DNA from: Candidatus Pyrohabitans jungbluthii
GTDB taxonomy: Archaea; Hydrothermarchaeota; Hydrothermarchaeia; Hydrothermarchaeales; BMS3B
Assembly: GCA_002010065.2 (NCBI GenBank)
Contig: MTMD02000002.1
Location: 32,001 to 96,000 of the forward strand
DNA length: 64,000 bases
Reading direction: 5' to 3'
Shown piece by piece: positions 40,197 to 49,970 of this stretch. Below the pieces are notes generated by a model. The model worked only from the letters and a program-made list of their open reading frames with translations, had not been told where the DNA came from and ran no database searches. The position numbers were made by a program, and so were the translations under genes. Within the stretch, counting starts at the first letter, position 1. The number at the start of each line of letters is the position of its first letter.

Positions 40197-40672
40197 ACGG
40201 CGAGAGCTCCTGGCACCTTCGACTCTTCAAGCAGCGCGGAGTTAACGTATATGGGTGCATCCTCAATCAGCGCTAATATTATAGCATCGCTGGGGCGGGC
40301 GTCCAGCTCTTCTACGCCCGGAATGTGGATAGAGGCATAGTAAACATCGCCTATCAGCGTATCAACGCTCACATAGCTCACCTTCTTTCCCATTTTGAGC
40401 AGAAGCATGGCGAAAACCTCATGCATCCATGGGCGAGGAGGCTTCTCCCCTGCGAGCACCATAAGCATGCGCTCCCCCTGCTCCCTACTCACAACAATGG
40501 TAAGCTTGCCCTTACCATCAACCTCCTTCAGCACCACCGCATAGCCAAAGGCTTCCTCGCGCACATCGGTGACCTCAACCAGCGCATAGTTCGCGGGCGG
40601 AGCTTTTTCTTTGCCAACGCAGCCTGCAGCGGTGATCAGGAGCACAAGCAGCGGAGCCATGCGAAGAAGCAT
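40193..40672 (-). CDS. Bifunctional nuclease (DUF151) family protein with lipoprotein-type N-terminus
   Basis: PPRPWMHE, YYASI, LDARPSDAIILAL..APIYV; LLITAAGC lipobox. Confidence 0.85.
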   Translation of the reverse strand: MLLRMAPLLVLLITAAGCVGKEKAPPANYALVEVTDVREEAFGYAVVLKEVDGKGKLTIVVSREQGERMLMVLAGEKPPRPWMHEVFAMLLLKMGKKVSYVSVDTLIGDVYYASIHIPGVEELDARPSDAIILALIEDAPIYVNSALLEESKVPGALAV

Positions 40673-41160
40673 TACTTCACCTTTCCCCCCTGGTAGCGCC
40701 CCTCATAGGCGATGGCGTTGCCCTCCACGCGGGCGAAAACAACCTGCGCTATGCGCGCGCCCCTTTCAAGGGTGAACTCAAAGCTGCCCTCGTTTTTTAT
40801 GCCTATCGTAAGCGCCCCCCTGTAGCCTGGGTCTATGACAGCGGTGCGCAGGCTTACGCCACAGCGGAAAAGCGTGGAGCGCTGAAACATGAAGGCTACT
40901 AAATCTTTAGGCATGTTCACTCTCTCAAGGGTAGTGCACAGGTAGTATTTCCCTGGCTTTAGCACATAGCGCTCGCCCTTTATCTCGCGAAGCTGCGGCA
41001 GGCTGCGCTCACTCTTACCCAGCGACGCAGGAGAAGTTATGTCGTAGAGCTTGTTGATGCGCAGGTCGACGCCAGCACCCTGAACATTACTCTCGTCCAC
41101 GCCTTCCAGCAGCTTTTCCTCACGTATTCTGCGCAGAAGTTCTTCATAGCCGAGGTACAT
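40672..41160 (-). CDS. dUTPase / dCTP deaminase family
   Basis: GVDLRI, QRSTLFRCG, IDPGYRG, RIAQVVF, YEGRYQG. Confidence 0.92.
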   Translation of the reverse strand: MYLGYEELLRRIREEKLLEGVDESNVQGAGVDLRINKLYDITSPASLGKSERSLPQLREIKGERYVLKPGKYYLCTTLERVNMPKDLVAFMFQRSTLFRCGVSLRTAVIDPGYRGALTIGIKNEGSFEFTLERGARIAQVVFARVEGNAIAYEGRYQGGKVK

Positions 41161-41345
41161 GATTCTAAATTCGCTGCAGGGAAGATAACTTTTTCTATGT
41201 GTTCATAGAACAGATACGAGAAATTAAAAAGTATCTTCTATTTTTATTTCACCTCACTAAAATCAATTTCTTCTACAAAGCAGATAACCAACTGAAAAAA
41301 TATGGGTAATGAATTAATAAACTCTTCGTTCACGTTTGTGTAAGG

Positions 41346-43205
41346 TTACCCCCTGAACTTCGGCCTCTGAGAAAGCCTCTCCGGCAGAGGCAACTTAGCA
41401 AAGGGTTTGCCCTCATTCTCCTTCTCCACCCGCTCGGCGAGCTCTTCCTTGGTTAGCTGCACCTGCTCGCCGGTGCTCCTCACGCGCACCGTGAGGTAAC
41501 CTCCCTCCTGCTCTCGCGCGCCCACCACGACGATATATGGAATCCACTCCTTCTCAGCATTGCGTATCTTCTTTTGAAGCGTTGCCGCCTCATCGTCTAA
41601 GTCGGCGCGCACCCTGCGCTTTTTAAAGTACGCCAGCACCTCTTCCGCATAGCCGAGGTTCTGCTCAGACACAGGGATTATCCTCACCTGCGTCGGGCAA
41701 AGCCAGGTTGGTAGAGAAGGCTTCTCGCCGCGCTTTGATTTGAGGTAGGCCTGTTCGAGCAGCGCATAGAGGTTGCGGTCTATGCCTCCGCTGATACTGG
41801 CATGCAAAAGCAGCGGGTGGCGCCTCTCTCCGCTTTCATCCACGTAAGTTATGTCGAAGCGCTCTGTGTTCTCAACGTCGATCTGCACCGTGGAGAGCGT
41901 CGCCGCTTTGTTCTGCGCATCGTTGACGCTGAACTCGAACTTCATCACAAAGTAGAAGAAGCGCTTATCCCATAGCTCGATTAGGATAGGCTTGCCTATT
42001 AGGCGAGCGAGCTGCTTCGCAAACTCCTCGTTTTCCTCGTAGAAGTCGCGCACAAAGCGAATCGCCACCTCGTACTCTAAGCCAAGCTCCTCCATCCAGC
42101 GCATGCTCAGCTTGAACTGGCGCAGAAACTCCTCCTTCGCCTGCTCCATATCTCTGCACAGAGTGTGCATATCCGGCATGGTGAAGGTGCGCAGGCGTTT
42201 AAGCCCTGCCAGCTCACCGCTCTGTTCGCGACGGAAGGAGTAGTGGGTAAGCTCGTACAGGCGAAGTGGGAGGTGGCGGTAGCTTATGGTCATGTCGTGC
42301 ATCATTAAATACTGCCCAAAGCACGCAGCGAAGCGCAGGAAGTATTCCTTGTCGTCGCTTATCACCACGTACTGCCTCGCCGGGAAGCGGTGCAGATAGC
42401 GGCTGAGCGTGGGATGAGCAAAGTCGTACATTACCGGCGTCTCCACTTCCATGGCGCCGTAGTCGAGCACAAGCTGGGTGACGTGCTCCTCCAGAAGCTT
42501 CTTGATCAGCCTCCCCTTGGGATACCAGCGTAAATTGCCGGGGTCGCTGCCCGGCTCGTGATCCACAAGCTCATGCTCTTTCATTAAGCGAATGTGGGGC
42601 GGCTCCTCGGTTACAGCGCGAGTGCCCTTAGTCTCGTACTCATAGAATATTTTTAAGCCTTCATGCTGTGAAAAATCGAAGCTTTCTGCAGGCGTTAGCT
42701 TGCCTTCAGGGGTAAGCACATACCATTCGCTCTTTAGCTTCTTCTCCGCTTTAAGCGCGAGGCTCTCTTTTTCCTCCTTCTCCTCCACGCGGATCTCCCG
42801 CGAAAGCTCGCTCAGGGGATGCCCCTTGCAGCGCAGCTCAAACGCCTTGTACCACCCGAAGGGTGCGCGCAAAACCTCGTAGCCCCTCGCTACAAGTTCC
42901 TCCTCCAAGCTCTTAAGCACTTCTACCGCAAAGTCTGGCTTAGCCAGCGATGAGCTTAGATGGGCATAGGGGTATAGCACCACTCGCTTTGCCTTAACTT
43001 GGGAGTAAACCTTCTCTATCTCATCAGCGGCGCGCTTCACCACCTCTTCGCTGTACCCCTCGTCCGATTTTTCGACAGCAATAAACGCGGCAAGCGCCTC
43101 CTCCGCCCTGCCTGCAAGCTTCTCCTGACTAACCTCCTCAGCCACCTTCGTCTTCTGCTTTGCTTTAAACTCTATGTGGTCCACGTGAAGGAGAAGAAGC
43201 TTCAT
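41346..43205 (-). CDS. thrS: Threonine--tRNA ligase (archaeal type)
   Basis: YPYAHLSS, PFGWYK..CKGHPLSELSR editing domain, RFAACFGQ, FRREQSGEL, TMPDMHT. Confidence 0.98.
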   Translation of the reverse strand: MKLLLLHVDHIEFKAKQKTKVAEEVSQEKLAGRAEEALAAFIAVEKSDEGYSEEVVKRAADEIEKVYSQVKAKRVVLYPYAHLSSSLAKPDFAVEVLKSLEEELVARGYEVLRAPFGWYKAFELRCKGHPLSELSREIRVEEKEEKESLALKAEKKLKSEWYVLTPEGKLTPAESFDFSQHEGLKIFYEYETKGTRAVTEEPPHIRLMKEHELVDHEPGSDPGNLRWYPKGRLIKKLLEEHVTQLVLDYGAMEVETPVMYDFAHPTLSRYLHRFPARQYVVISDDKEYFLRFAACFGQYLMMHDMTISYRHLPLRLYELTHYSFRREQSGELAGLKRLRTFTMPDMHTLCRDMEQAKEEFLRQFKLSMRWMEELGLEYEVAIRFVRDFYEENEEFAKQLARLIGKPILIELWDKRFFYFVMKFEFSVNDAQNKAATLSTVQIDVENTERFDITYVDESGERRHPLLLHASISGGIDRNLYALLEQAYLKSKRGEKPSLPTWLCPTQVRIIPVSEQNLGYAEEVLAYFKKRRVRADLDDEAATLQKKIRNAEKEWIPYIVVVGAREQEGGYLTVRVRSTGEQVQLTKEELAERVEKENEGKPFAKLPLPERLSQRPKFRG

Positions 43206-43292
43206 TGCAGCACCCCTGCTACCTTGGCTCTGCCTTTTTATAAGGTTTTCGAAGACCTACCTCAATCCCTATCTTACGGTTGAGAGAAGAAG

Positions 43293-43805
43293 CTACTTTT
43301 CGGCGATGATTTTCAGAATATCCTTTATGTCCCTCAGAAGACCTGTGTTCTCCTTTAAAGTGCCGTCGATAGAGCTGAGGCGGGTGCTGACGGAATCGAG
43401 GCGCACGTCCACAGACTTCATGTATCCCTCCATAGATGTGAGATGTTCATCAACAGAACCAAGTTTGCTGTCAATAGAACCAAGTCTATCTACTCCCAAG
43501 TCAAGCCTATCAAAAATGTCTTTTTCTACGCCTCCAATCACTCTGCCTACAGGCTTTGGCAGGAGTATTTTTTCTGAGAATGATATCTTTTTAACTCCGG
43601 GATATCTGCTTATTTCTTCTGAAATCCTCTCGATTTTTGAAATCTCTCCCTCACAGACAAATTTTACATTCCTCTCATTATAATCATTGTATACAAATCC
43701 TGCTAAATCGTACTTATGAGCTAGATTTTCTATGTAATTCCGGAATCCAACATACTGAACATCTCCCTCAATCACAAGGGTTAGCTGCTTTACCTTTGAG
43801 AGCAT
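43293..43805 (-). CDS. Acylphosphatase-domain protein with C-terminal coiled coil
   Basis: IEGDVQYVGFR, GFVYN; heptad repeats in C-terminal half. Confidence 0.85.
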   Translation of the reverse strand: MLSKVKQLTLVIEGDVQYVGFRNYIENLAHKYDLAGFVYNDYNERNVKFVCEGEISKIERISEEISRYPGVKKISFSEKILLPKPVGRVIGGVEKDIFDRLDLGVDRLGSIDSKLGSVDEHLTSMEGYMKSVDVRLDSVSTRLSSIDGTLKENTGLLRDIKDILKIIAEK

Positions 43806-43837
43806 GTCATAATGTTTATGTTTAGTCTATATAAAGG

Positions 43838-44467
43838 TTAAGTTGTAATGCAAAGTTCACTTTTTGTCTGATTTACTTCAGTCTTTGAGTTGATCTTGTG
43901 ATAGGCGAACAATGCCCTGTCAACCTTGCGAATATCCCCTCCTGCATACTTTTTAGCAATATTTAGTACTTCGCGCCGGAAGATTTTGTAACCTTCGATT
44001 TTATCACGGTAATGATAATACTTTTTTGATCCATCGAGATAGTTTGCTTTCTGCAGTACCTGAACCGTTCTTTTATCCACGATCGGGAAGTCTTTTGGAG
44101 AAATGAAATGCACAATCGTAGATGCTATTGGAATCCCGATACCATCTAACTTATCCAGATCACGAATAATGGTTTCTAAATATTTATCAGGATTTTCTTT
44201 TATCATCTTGATAACTTGTTTAAATGTATCTTCGTAGCCTTTAAAATTGTCCAATTTCACATAACCTTTTACACGAGCTGCTTTCCAGTTTAAAATGCAT
44301 CTGAATGTTGATTTAGATATATTTCCTTGTGAAACATCATAAGATACTCTCTTAATTAGTTCACTATATTCTCTTTCGTCACCTCCAATTTCTGGATCGT
44401 CATATTTGGATTCATACTCAATTATAAACTCCTCATCAATTACAATTTCATTTCCCTTCATATTCAT
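43838..44467 (-). CDS. Hypothetical protein with HhH-GPD-like motif
   Basis: LNWK, LDGIGIPIASTIVHF..FPIVDKR, RKVDRALF; AT-rich. Confidence 0.7.
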   Translation of the reverse strand: MNMKGNEIVIDEEFIIEYESKYDDPEIGGDEREYSELIKRVSYDVSQGNISKSTFRCILNWKAARVKGYVKLDNFKGYEDTFKQVIKMIKENPDKYLETIIRDLDKLDGIGIPIASTIVHFISPKDFPIVDKRTVQVLQKANYLDGSKKYYHYRDKIEGYKIFRREVLNIAKKYAGGDIRKVDRALFAYHKINSKTEVNQTKSELCITT

Positions 44468-44535
44468 CCCCCTTTACTATGTTGTGTTAAGACTCCGTCC
44501 ACAACCCTTATTAACCTCCACGCCTACCTCTCAGC

Positions 44536-45573
44536 ATGGAAGAGGGAATGACCTATGCCAAAGCGGGAGTTGATATAGATAAAGAGAGCCTTGCAATTCG
44601 CGCCATTGCTGAGCATCTTAAAGGTACCCTGAGGCTCCGCCAAGGCAAAGCTGGGGAGAGCCTCCTGGGAGTGGGGCACTTCGCAGGCTTGGTTAAGCTG
44701 GACGAGAAGCGCGCGCTTGCTTTATCTGCCGATGGCGTGGGCACTAAAATTCTCGTCGCCAGGGCGATGAACAAGTACGACACCATAGGTATTGATTTAG
44801 TGGCAATGAACGCCAACGACGTAATCTGCGTGGGCGCGGAGCCGCTGGTGCTCCTGGATTACCTTGCCATCGATGAGCCTGACCCGAGCATAACCGGGGA
44901 AATCGCCAAGGGCTTGGCAAAGGGTGCTGAAATGGCGAACATAAGCATCCCCGGCGGCGAGCTTGCAACGCTGCCCGAGATGGTCAAGGGTTTTGACCTC
45001 GCGGGTTTAATCGTGGGCATGGTGGAGATGGATAAGATAATCACAGGCGAGAAGGTTGCGCCTGGCGACGTGGTTATAGGTCTGGAAAGCTCTGGCATAC
45101 ACAGCAACGGGTTAACCCTCGCCAGGAAGGTTATTCTCGAGCATTACAGCATAGATGAGGAGATATTCCCTGGCAGAACCGCTGGTGAGGAGCTTCTTGA
45201 GCCGACAAAGATATACGTGCGGGAGGTTATGCGTTGCCTTGCTGAAGCGGATGTGCACGGCTTGGCTAACATCACCGGCGGTGGCTTGGCGAATCTAACA
45301 AGGATAACGAGGCACGGCTATTATCTGGATGCCCTGCCCGAGCCGCCCAGGATATTCCAGCTTATCCAGGAGCTTGGCAAAGTGCCAGAGCATGAGATGT
45401 ACAGGACGTTCAACATGGGCGTGGGCTTCTGCATCGTAACCAGCGAAGAGGAGAGCGAGAAGATAATAGATATATGCAAACGCCACTCCACTCGCGCTCA
45501 GGTTATTGGCAGGGTGGTCGAGGGGGAGAACGTGGTTAAAATCGCCGACAAGAGCTTTACCCTGCGCTACTGA
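44536..45573 (+). CDS. purM: Phosphoribosylformylglycinamidine cyclo-ligase
   Basis: TYAKAGVDI, DGVGTK, MNANDVICVGAEP, SSGIHSNG, ITGGG, TFNMGVG. Confidence 0.98.
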   Translation: MEEGMTYAKAGVDIDKESLAIRAIAEHLKGTLRLRQGKAGESLLGVGHFAGLVKLDEKRALALSADGVGTKILVARAMNKYDTIGIDLVAMNANDVICVGAEPLVLLDYLAIDEPDPSITGEIAKGLAKGAEMANISIPGGELATLPEMVKGFDLAGLIVGMVEMDKIITGEKVAPGDVVIGLESSGIHSNGLTLARKVILEHYSIDEEIFPGRTAGEELLEPTKIYVREVMRCLAEADVHGLANITGGGLANLTRITRHGYYLDALPEPPRIFQLIQELGKVPEHEMYRTFNMGVGFCIVTSEEESEKIIDICKRHSTRAQVIGRVVEGENVVKIADKSFTLRY

Positions 45574-45764
45574 CGCCTCGCGCGATATAGAAAGCGCCTT
45601 CCGTCCCAGCGCCGCTCCACCAGGCCGAGGTTGTAAAGCTCCTCCAGAAGCCTGCGGGTCTTTCGCCTGTTGCTAAATGTGGCGCTGGAGAGGGTGTCTA
45701 TGTCCATATATGCACTTCCCAGAAGCCTCAAAACAAAAGTGTGGTCCATACTCAACTCTCGCAT
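45567..45764 (-). CDS. Small winged-HTH protein
   Basis: LEELYNLGLVERRWDGRRFLY wing motif; GAGGTG upstream. Confidence 0.7.
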   Translation of the reverse strand: MRELSMDHTFVLRLLGSAYMDIDTLSSATFSNRRKTRRLLEELYNLGLVERRWDGRRFLYRARRQ

Positions 45765-45773
45765 ATCATCACC

Positions 45774-46994
45774 TCACGTGAAGAAGTAAATATGCCTTAT
45801 GCTGTTGTCGGCGGCGGCGTAGCTACCTGCGGGGGAGACTGCTATCTTGGAATAAACCCTGCCGTAGCTCCGCTTCAGCAACACCTCGCCCTCTGCGTTG
45901 AAGTAGTAGATGTTCTTGTCGTAGGAAACAGCGGCAAAGTAGGAGTCGTCAGGAGCAGCGAACACCTGTATAACCTCCGCCCCAGTCTTTATCTCAATGG
46001 GCGCCTGAGGTGAATCTGAGCTAAAGAGCAGCCCTCTATAGTAGTCTGTGCCCGCCACTACATGGCTGCCATCGCCGCTGACCGCCACATCCAGAATGTC
46101 AATATTGAAGGAGTAGCCCTCCCACTCCCACAGAAGCTCGCCCTCGCCTGTGTACAGGCTGACTGTTCCGTCTTTCCCTGCCACAGCAACGTAACTAGCA
46201 TTCTCTGAAAGCGCAAAGGCTGCGATGTCCACTTCGGTTTTTATCTCCCTGAATAGGGTGCCGTTGTTCGCATGGAGGAGGTAAATCTTCTTGTAGCTGG
46301 AGTAGCCCACCACCTCACCGTTGCCGCTGATTGCGAGATTCTCAATCACATCCTTAGCGGAGTGTTTCCACAGAAGCTCAGCGCTGCTGGAGATGGCGTA
46401 TAAACCCCTGTCCCACGCCGCTGTAGCGCCGTATACCACACTTCCCTCTGGCGAGAGCACCACATGCTTCGGCTCCGCCTGCGTGGGATAGAAGGCTATT
46501 TGATTACCGTAAATGTCGAAAAGGTAAAAGCCCTTCTCACCAGCAACGCCCACGTATTCCCGCGAAGCTGCAAGCTCGCTTACCTGCTCCCTGAGGTTGA
46601 CGTCTGCCACCTGCGTGGGAGAAGCTTCCAGCACAAGCTCAAGGTAGTTCTTTCCAGCGGCTGGCAGCGTAGCAGGAGGCGGCGTAGTGAGCGGAGCCTC
46701 CGTTTTAGGCGGGAGCGTTGTGGGAGGTGGAGTTACCTCTGGTTGAGGCGCAGCTTCAGGTGCTTCCTCTGGCTTCACCTCTTCTTCCTTCTTTCCGGGT
46801 ATTGTGGGGTCAAGGGGGTTAGGGTCAAGAGGGTCCCAGAGTCCGTCACCATCTGTATCCACCCTCGTCGGGTCAGTTCCTGCTCTAGCCTCTTGCGCAT
46901 CGTCCCAGCCGTCACCATCGGTGTCTGGAATCTTCTCCTTGATGCAGCCTGAAAAGAGGGATAGGAGTATAAGGAGAAGTAGGAGCTTTCTCAT
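45774..46994 (-). CDS. Lipoprotein with Ca-binding DxDxDG repeats, Pro/Thr linker and PQQ/WD40-like beta-propeller
   Basis: LFSGC lipobox, DTDGDG x2, TPPPTTLPP linker, repeated (V/A)ISxxG and ELLW blades. Confidence 0.85.
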   Translation of the reverse strand: MRKLLLLLILLSLFSGCIKEKIPDTDGDGWDDAQEARAGTDPTRVDTDGDGLWDPLDPNPLDPTIPGKKEEEVKPEEAPEAAPQPEVTPPPTTLPPKTEAPLTTPPPATLPAAGKNYLELVLEASPTQVADVNLREQVSELAASREYVGVAGEKGFYLFDIYGNQIAFYPTQAEPKHVVLSPEGSVVYGATAAWDRGLYAISSSAELLWKHSAKDVIENLAISGNGEVVGYSSYKKIYLLHANNGTLFREIKTEVDIAAFALSENASYVAVAGKDGTVSLYTGEGELLWEWEGYSFNIDILDVAVSGDGSHVVAGTDYYRGLLFSSDSPQAPIEIKTGAEVIQVFAAPDDSYFAAVSYDKNIYYFNAEGEVLLKRSYGRVYSKIAVSPAGSYAAADNSIRHIYFFT

Positions 46995-47110
46995 GTGTAT
47001 ACACAATCATCGGGAGGATATATAACTCTTCCGCCCCAGAGAGTAACACGCCCTTATAGGCAAAGGTATTTATTGCCCGGGCGTAAAGATTGTGATAGAG
47101 GGATGTAACT

Positions 47111-47401
47111 TTGAAGATAGCAGATTTACGCCCGGGTCAGGGCAGGGTTAATATTGTGGTTGAGGTTGTGAGCGTTGGCGATGTCAGGACTTTCCAGAAG
47201 TACGGTCGCAGCGGGAGGGTTGCGACTGCCACCGTTAAGGACGATTCTGGTGAGATAAACCTGAGCCTGTGGAATGAGGACATAGACAGGGTCAGCCCCG
47301 GTACAAAGCTAAAGATAGAAAACGGTTACGTTGGCGAGTTTAAAGGCGAAATGCAGCTTACCACCGGAAAGTACGGCAAACTTGTTGTGCTCGCCGACTA
47401 A
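47111..47401 (+). CDS. Single OB-fold ssDNA-binding protein (SSB/RPA-like)
   Basis: KIADL, VKDDSGEINLSLWN, IENGYVGEFKGEMQLTTGKYG. Confidence 0.88.
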   Translation: MKIADLRPGQGRVNIVVEVVSVGDVRTFQKYGRSGRVATATVKDDSGEINLSLWNEDIDRVSPGTKLKIENGYVGEFKGEMQLTTGKYGKLVVLAD

Positions 47402-47560
47402 TCCTCTCTCAATATGGACTCCAGCCGGAAGTCAGCGAAGTAGCACTTATTTTTATATTTTACTTACTTTTATTGAAATTGTCTTCAAATAAAATTTATA
47501 ACCCCCCCCTCGTGATATTACTCTCAAATTTGGTAGCTGTACCCCTGCAGGTGGGGAGTC

Positions 47561-47929
47561 TTGGCCAGAATACTCGTGGTGGACGACGACGCTGACATAT
47601 GCAGTCTTGTAAAGGTTATACTGGAAAGGGAGGGTTATGAGGTAGAGGTGGCAAGGTCAGGGGAAGAGTGCCTTGTGCGGCTTTCTATGGGCCCCAACCC
47701 CGATTTAATTCTCATGGATTTTTTAATGCCCGGCAAGGATGGCCTCAGGATAACCCAGGAGATTAAGAGCAACCCGAGGACAAAGAAAATACCCGTCTAC
47801 CTCTTTACGGTTGCAGCAAATGAGGAATGGAAGAGAGAGGCAAAGAAATCGAGGGCCGACGGGTACATCTTGAAGCCTTTCAGTGTGGAGGAGTTTGTTA
47901 ACACGATTGAGGGCGCCTTTAAGCGATAG
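47561..47929 (+). CDS. Stand-alone response regulator receiver domain
   Basis: ILVVDDD, PDLILMDFLMPGKDG, YILKPF. Confidence 0.95.
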   Translation: MARILVVDDDADICSLVKVILEREGYEVEVARSGEECLVRLSMGPNPDLILMDFLMPGKDGLRITQEIKSNPRTKKIPVYLFTVAANEEWKREAKKSRADGYILKPFSVEEFVNTIEGAFKR

Positions 47930-47967
47930 TGGATTTGCTTGGAAATGTTAAGGCTCGAGCTTAGGGT

Positions 47968-48339
47968 GTGGAAGACGAGGATATTGCGATTGCCCTGGAG
48001 TTTAGGAATCTGATAGTGGAGCTTGAAAACGTTGCCGAGGAGATATTCAGGCACGATTTTACAGATGCGATGAAGGAGAAGCTTCTGAGGATTCACGAGA
48101 GGCTGCACAGCGACCTTGAAAGTCTGATAAAACATGGCCACGCCGACGCAGCAAGGGTGGAGAAGGCGATCGCAGGCTTGCCAGCTGAACATGAGGCGAA
48201 AAAGCTTTTCAGGGAGCTTAAGGAGAGCCTCAACAGGGCGGAACAGGAGCTTGAGCGGGAAAATTACAGGGAGTGCATGTCTGAGATTCTGGTTTTCCTC
48301 GACTCTCTGAGGGCGCTGGAGATGGTTTTTGAGGTGTAG
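47968..48339 (+). CDS. Hypothetical alpha-helical protein
   Basis: 123-aa charged helical ORF downstream of receiver gene. Confidence 0.65.
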   Translation: MEDEDIAIALEFRNLIVELENVAEEIFRHDFTDAMKEKLLRIHERLHSDLESLIKHGHADAARVEKAIAGLPAEHEAKKLFRELKESLNRAEQELERENYRECMSEILVFLDSLRALEMVFEV

Positions 48340-48497
48340 GATGGAAAAGTTGTTTTTGGCTGTTGATAGCAATCGCAGTGGCAGGGGGATGCGTGCTCCA
48401 GCTACAAAAAAGCTCACATCAGCGATGAAAACTCTGAGCACAGCTTTTACTTTAAAATGAGATTAATGTTTTTATAGTTAATATAAAAAATAGTGCC

Positions 48498-49175
48498 ATG
48501 CTTGGAACCATTGTCAATAGCTTGAGCATTGTCATTGCCTCCCTGGTAGGTGTCCTGATAGGTCACCGATTTCCGGCAAAGGTCAGGGCAACTGTAATGC
48601 AGGCATTGGGGCTTGCTGTATTGCTTGTTGGCTTCCAGATGGCTTTTAAGACTCATAATCCCCTTATTGTAATCACAAGCCTCGTGCTTGGAAGCATTAT
48701 AGGAGAAGCCACAGATATTGAGGGCTTTCTTGAAAGGATTGGCAGGAAACTGGAAGCTGGCTCTGAAAATCCTGTTGCCAAAGCCTTTGTGAGTTCAACG
48801 CTGATATTCTGCGTTGGCTCAATGGCGATAGTGGGCTCCATCCAGGATGGCCTTCTTAAAGACCCAACCCTACTTTACACCAAGTCGATGCTTGACGGGG
48901 TTGTGGCGCTCGCCTTTGCCTCGGTAATGGGCATAGGGGTGATGTTTTCGGCAATCTCAGTGTTTGTTTACCAGGGGTTGATTACGCTACTGGCAGGTTC
49001 TTTGAGTCAGTTTCTGGTGGAGGAAGCCGTGAGAGAGCTGGAAGCAACCGGGGGCTTGTTAATTGCAGGGATAGGTATAAACATACTGGAAATAAAGGAG
49101 ATAAAAGTGGGAAACATGCTCCCCGCCATTTTTATAGCCCCGATATTGGTAAATCTCTTAATAGCAATAGGTTAG
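48498..49175 (+). CDS. DUF554 membrane protein
   Basis: GTIVN, FCVGSMAIVGSIQDG, KSMLDG, YQG, KVGNMLPA. Confidence 0.93.
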   Translation: MLGTIVNSLSIVIASLVGVLIGHRFPAKVRATVMQALGLAVLLVGFQMAFKTHNPLIVITSLVLGSIIGEATDIEGFLERIGRKLEAGSENPVAKAFVSSTLIFCVGSMAIVGSIQDGLLKDPTLLYTKSMLDGVVALAFASVMGIGVMFSAISVFVYQGLITLLAGSLSQFLVEEAVRELEATGGLLIAGIGINILEIKEIKVGNMLPAIFIAPILVNLLIAIG

Positions 49176-49176
49176 A

Positions 49177-49248
49177 AGCCGAGGGAGGGAATTGAACCCC
49201 CGAAAAGCGGATCTGCAGTCCGCCACGTTACCACTCCGTCACCTCGGC
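49177..49248 (-). tRNA. tRNA-Cys (GCA)
   Basis: GCCGAGG acceptor stem, GCGGA-CTGCAGA-TCCGC anticodon arm, GGTTCAATTCC T-loop, U73 discriminator, CCA not encoded. Confidence 0.97.
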
Positions 49249-49294
49249 GCTAAGAATAATGCCAAAAAATAACAACCTCAATCTATAGAAGCAG

Positions 49295-49945
49295 CTAAAG
49301 CTCACAACTCTCTTTTGTGCAGGTGCCTGTAGCTTTGCCTGTTTCAGCTGGGGAATCGCCAAGAGCCTTTACCAGATCCTCATAGGTCTGGAGCCCGCTG
49401 AGCAGTTTACCATTGATAATAAAAGTGGGAACGGCATAAACTCCATAAGACTCTGCCAGTTTTAGATTCTCTTCGAATCTCTCTCTGGCAGTGTTTTTGA
49501 GGAAAGCATCTATCTCACTCTTGGATATTCCAAGCTCCCTCAGGTAGCCGTAAAGTCTTGCCCTATCGCTTATATCGATCCCCCTAACCCAGTAGTCCCG
49601 GTATACTCTGTCGTTAAACTCTTTGAATACTCCCCTATCCTTTGCAAGCTCCGTAAGAAGAAGGGCAAGATGTGAGTTGCTGAACCTCTCGGGGATGTTT
49701 ATTTCCACACCGAGCTGAAGTGCACGTTTTTTTATCTCACCCACAATAACATCTATATAATCCTCATCAAAACCCATCTCCAGAAGCGTCATGCCTCCTT
49801 CTGGTATTTCCGGATGAATCTCGTATCCTATCCACTCTAGCTGAACGTCATGATTCTCCACCAGCTTGTCCAGCGCCTTTTTGCTCAGATAGCAGAATGG
49901 GCAGGAGTAATCTGAAAAAACGATGACTTTGTTCATGTATTTCAC
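49295..49945 (-). CDS. DsbA/FrnE-family thiol oxidoreductase
   Basis: FSDYSCPFCY, YEIHPE, GVYAVPTFIING; C-terminal CTKESC. Confidence 0.92.
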   Translation of the reverse strand: MKYMNKVIVFSDYSCPFCYLSKKALDKLVENHDVQLEWIGYEIHPEIPEGGMTLLEMGFDEDYIDVIVGEIKKRALQLGVEINIPERFSNSHLALLLTELAKDRGVFKEFNDRVYRDYWVRGIDISDRARLYGYLRELGISKSEIDAFLKNTARERFEENLKLAESYGVYAVPTFIINGKLLSGLQTYEDLVKALGDSPAETGKATGTCTKESCEL

Positions 49946-49970
49946 CCGCGGTATGGCATCACCTAACGAG

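Noticed and set aside
41193-41210. Short inverted repeat TTCTATG-N4-CATAGAA upstream of dUTPase
   Set aside because: Single AT-rich 7-bp stem without a second copy; expected by chance
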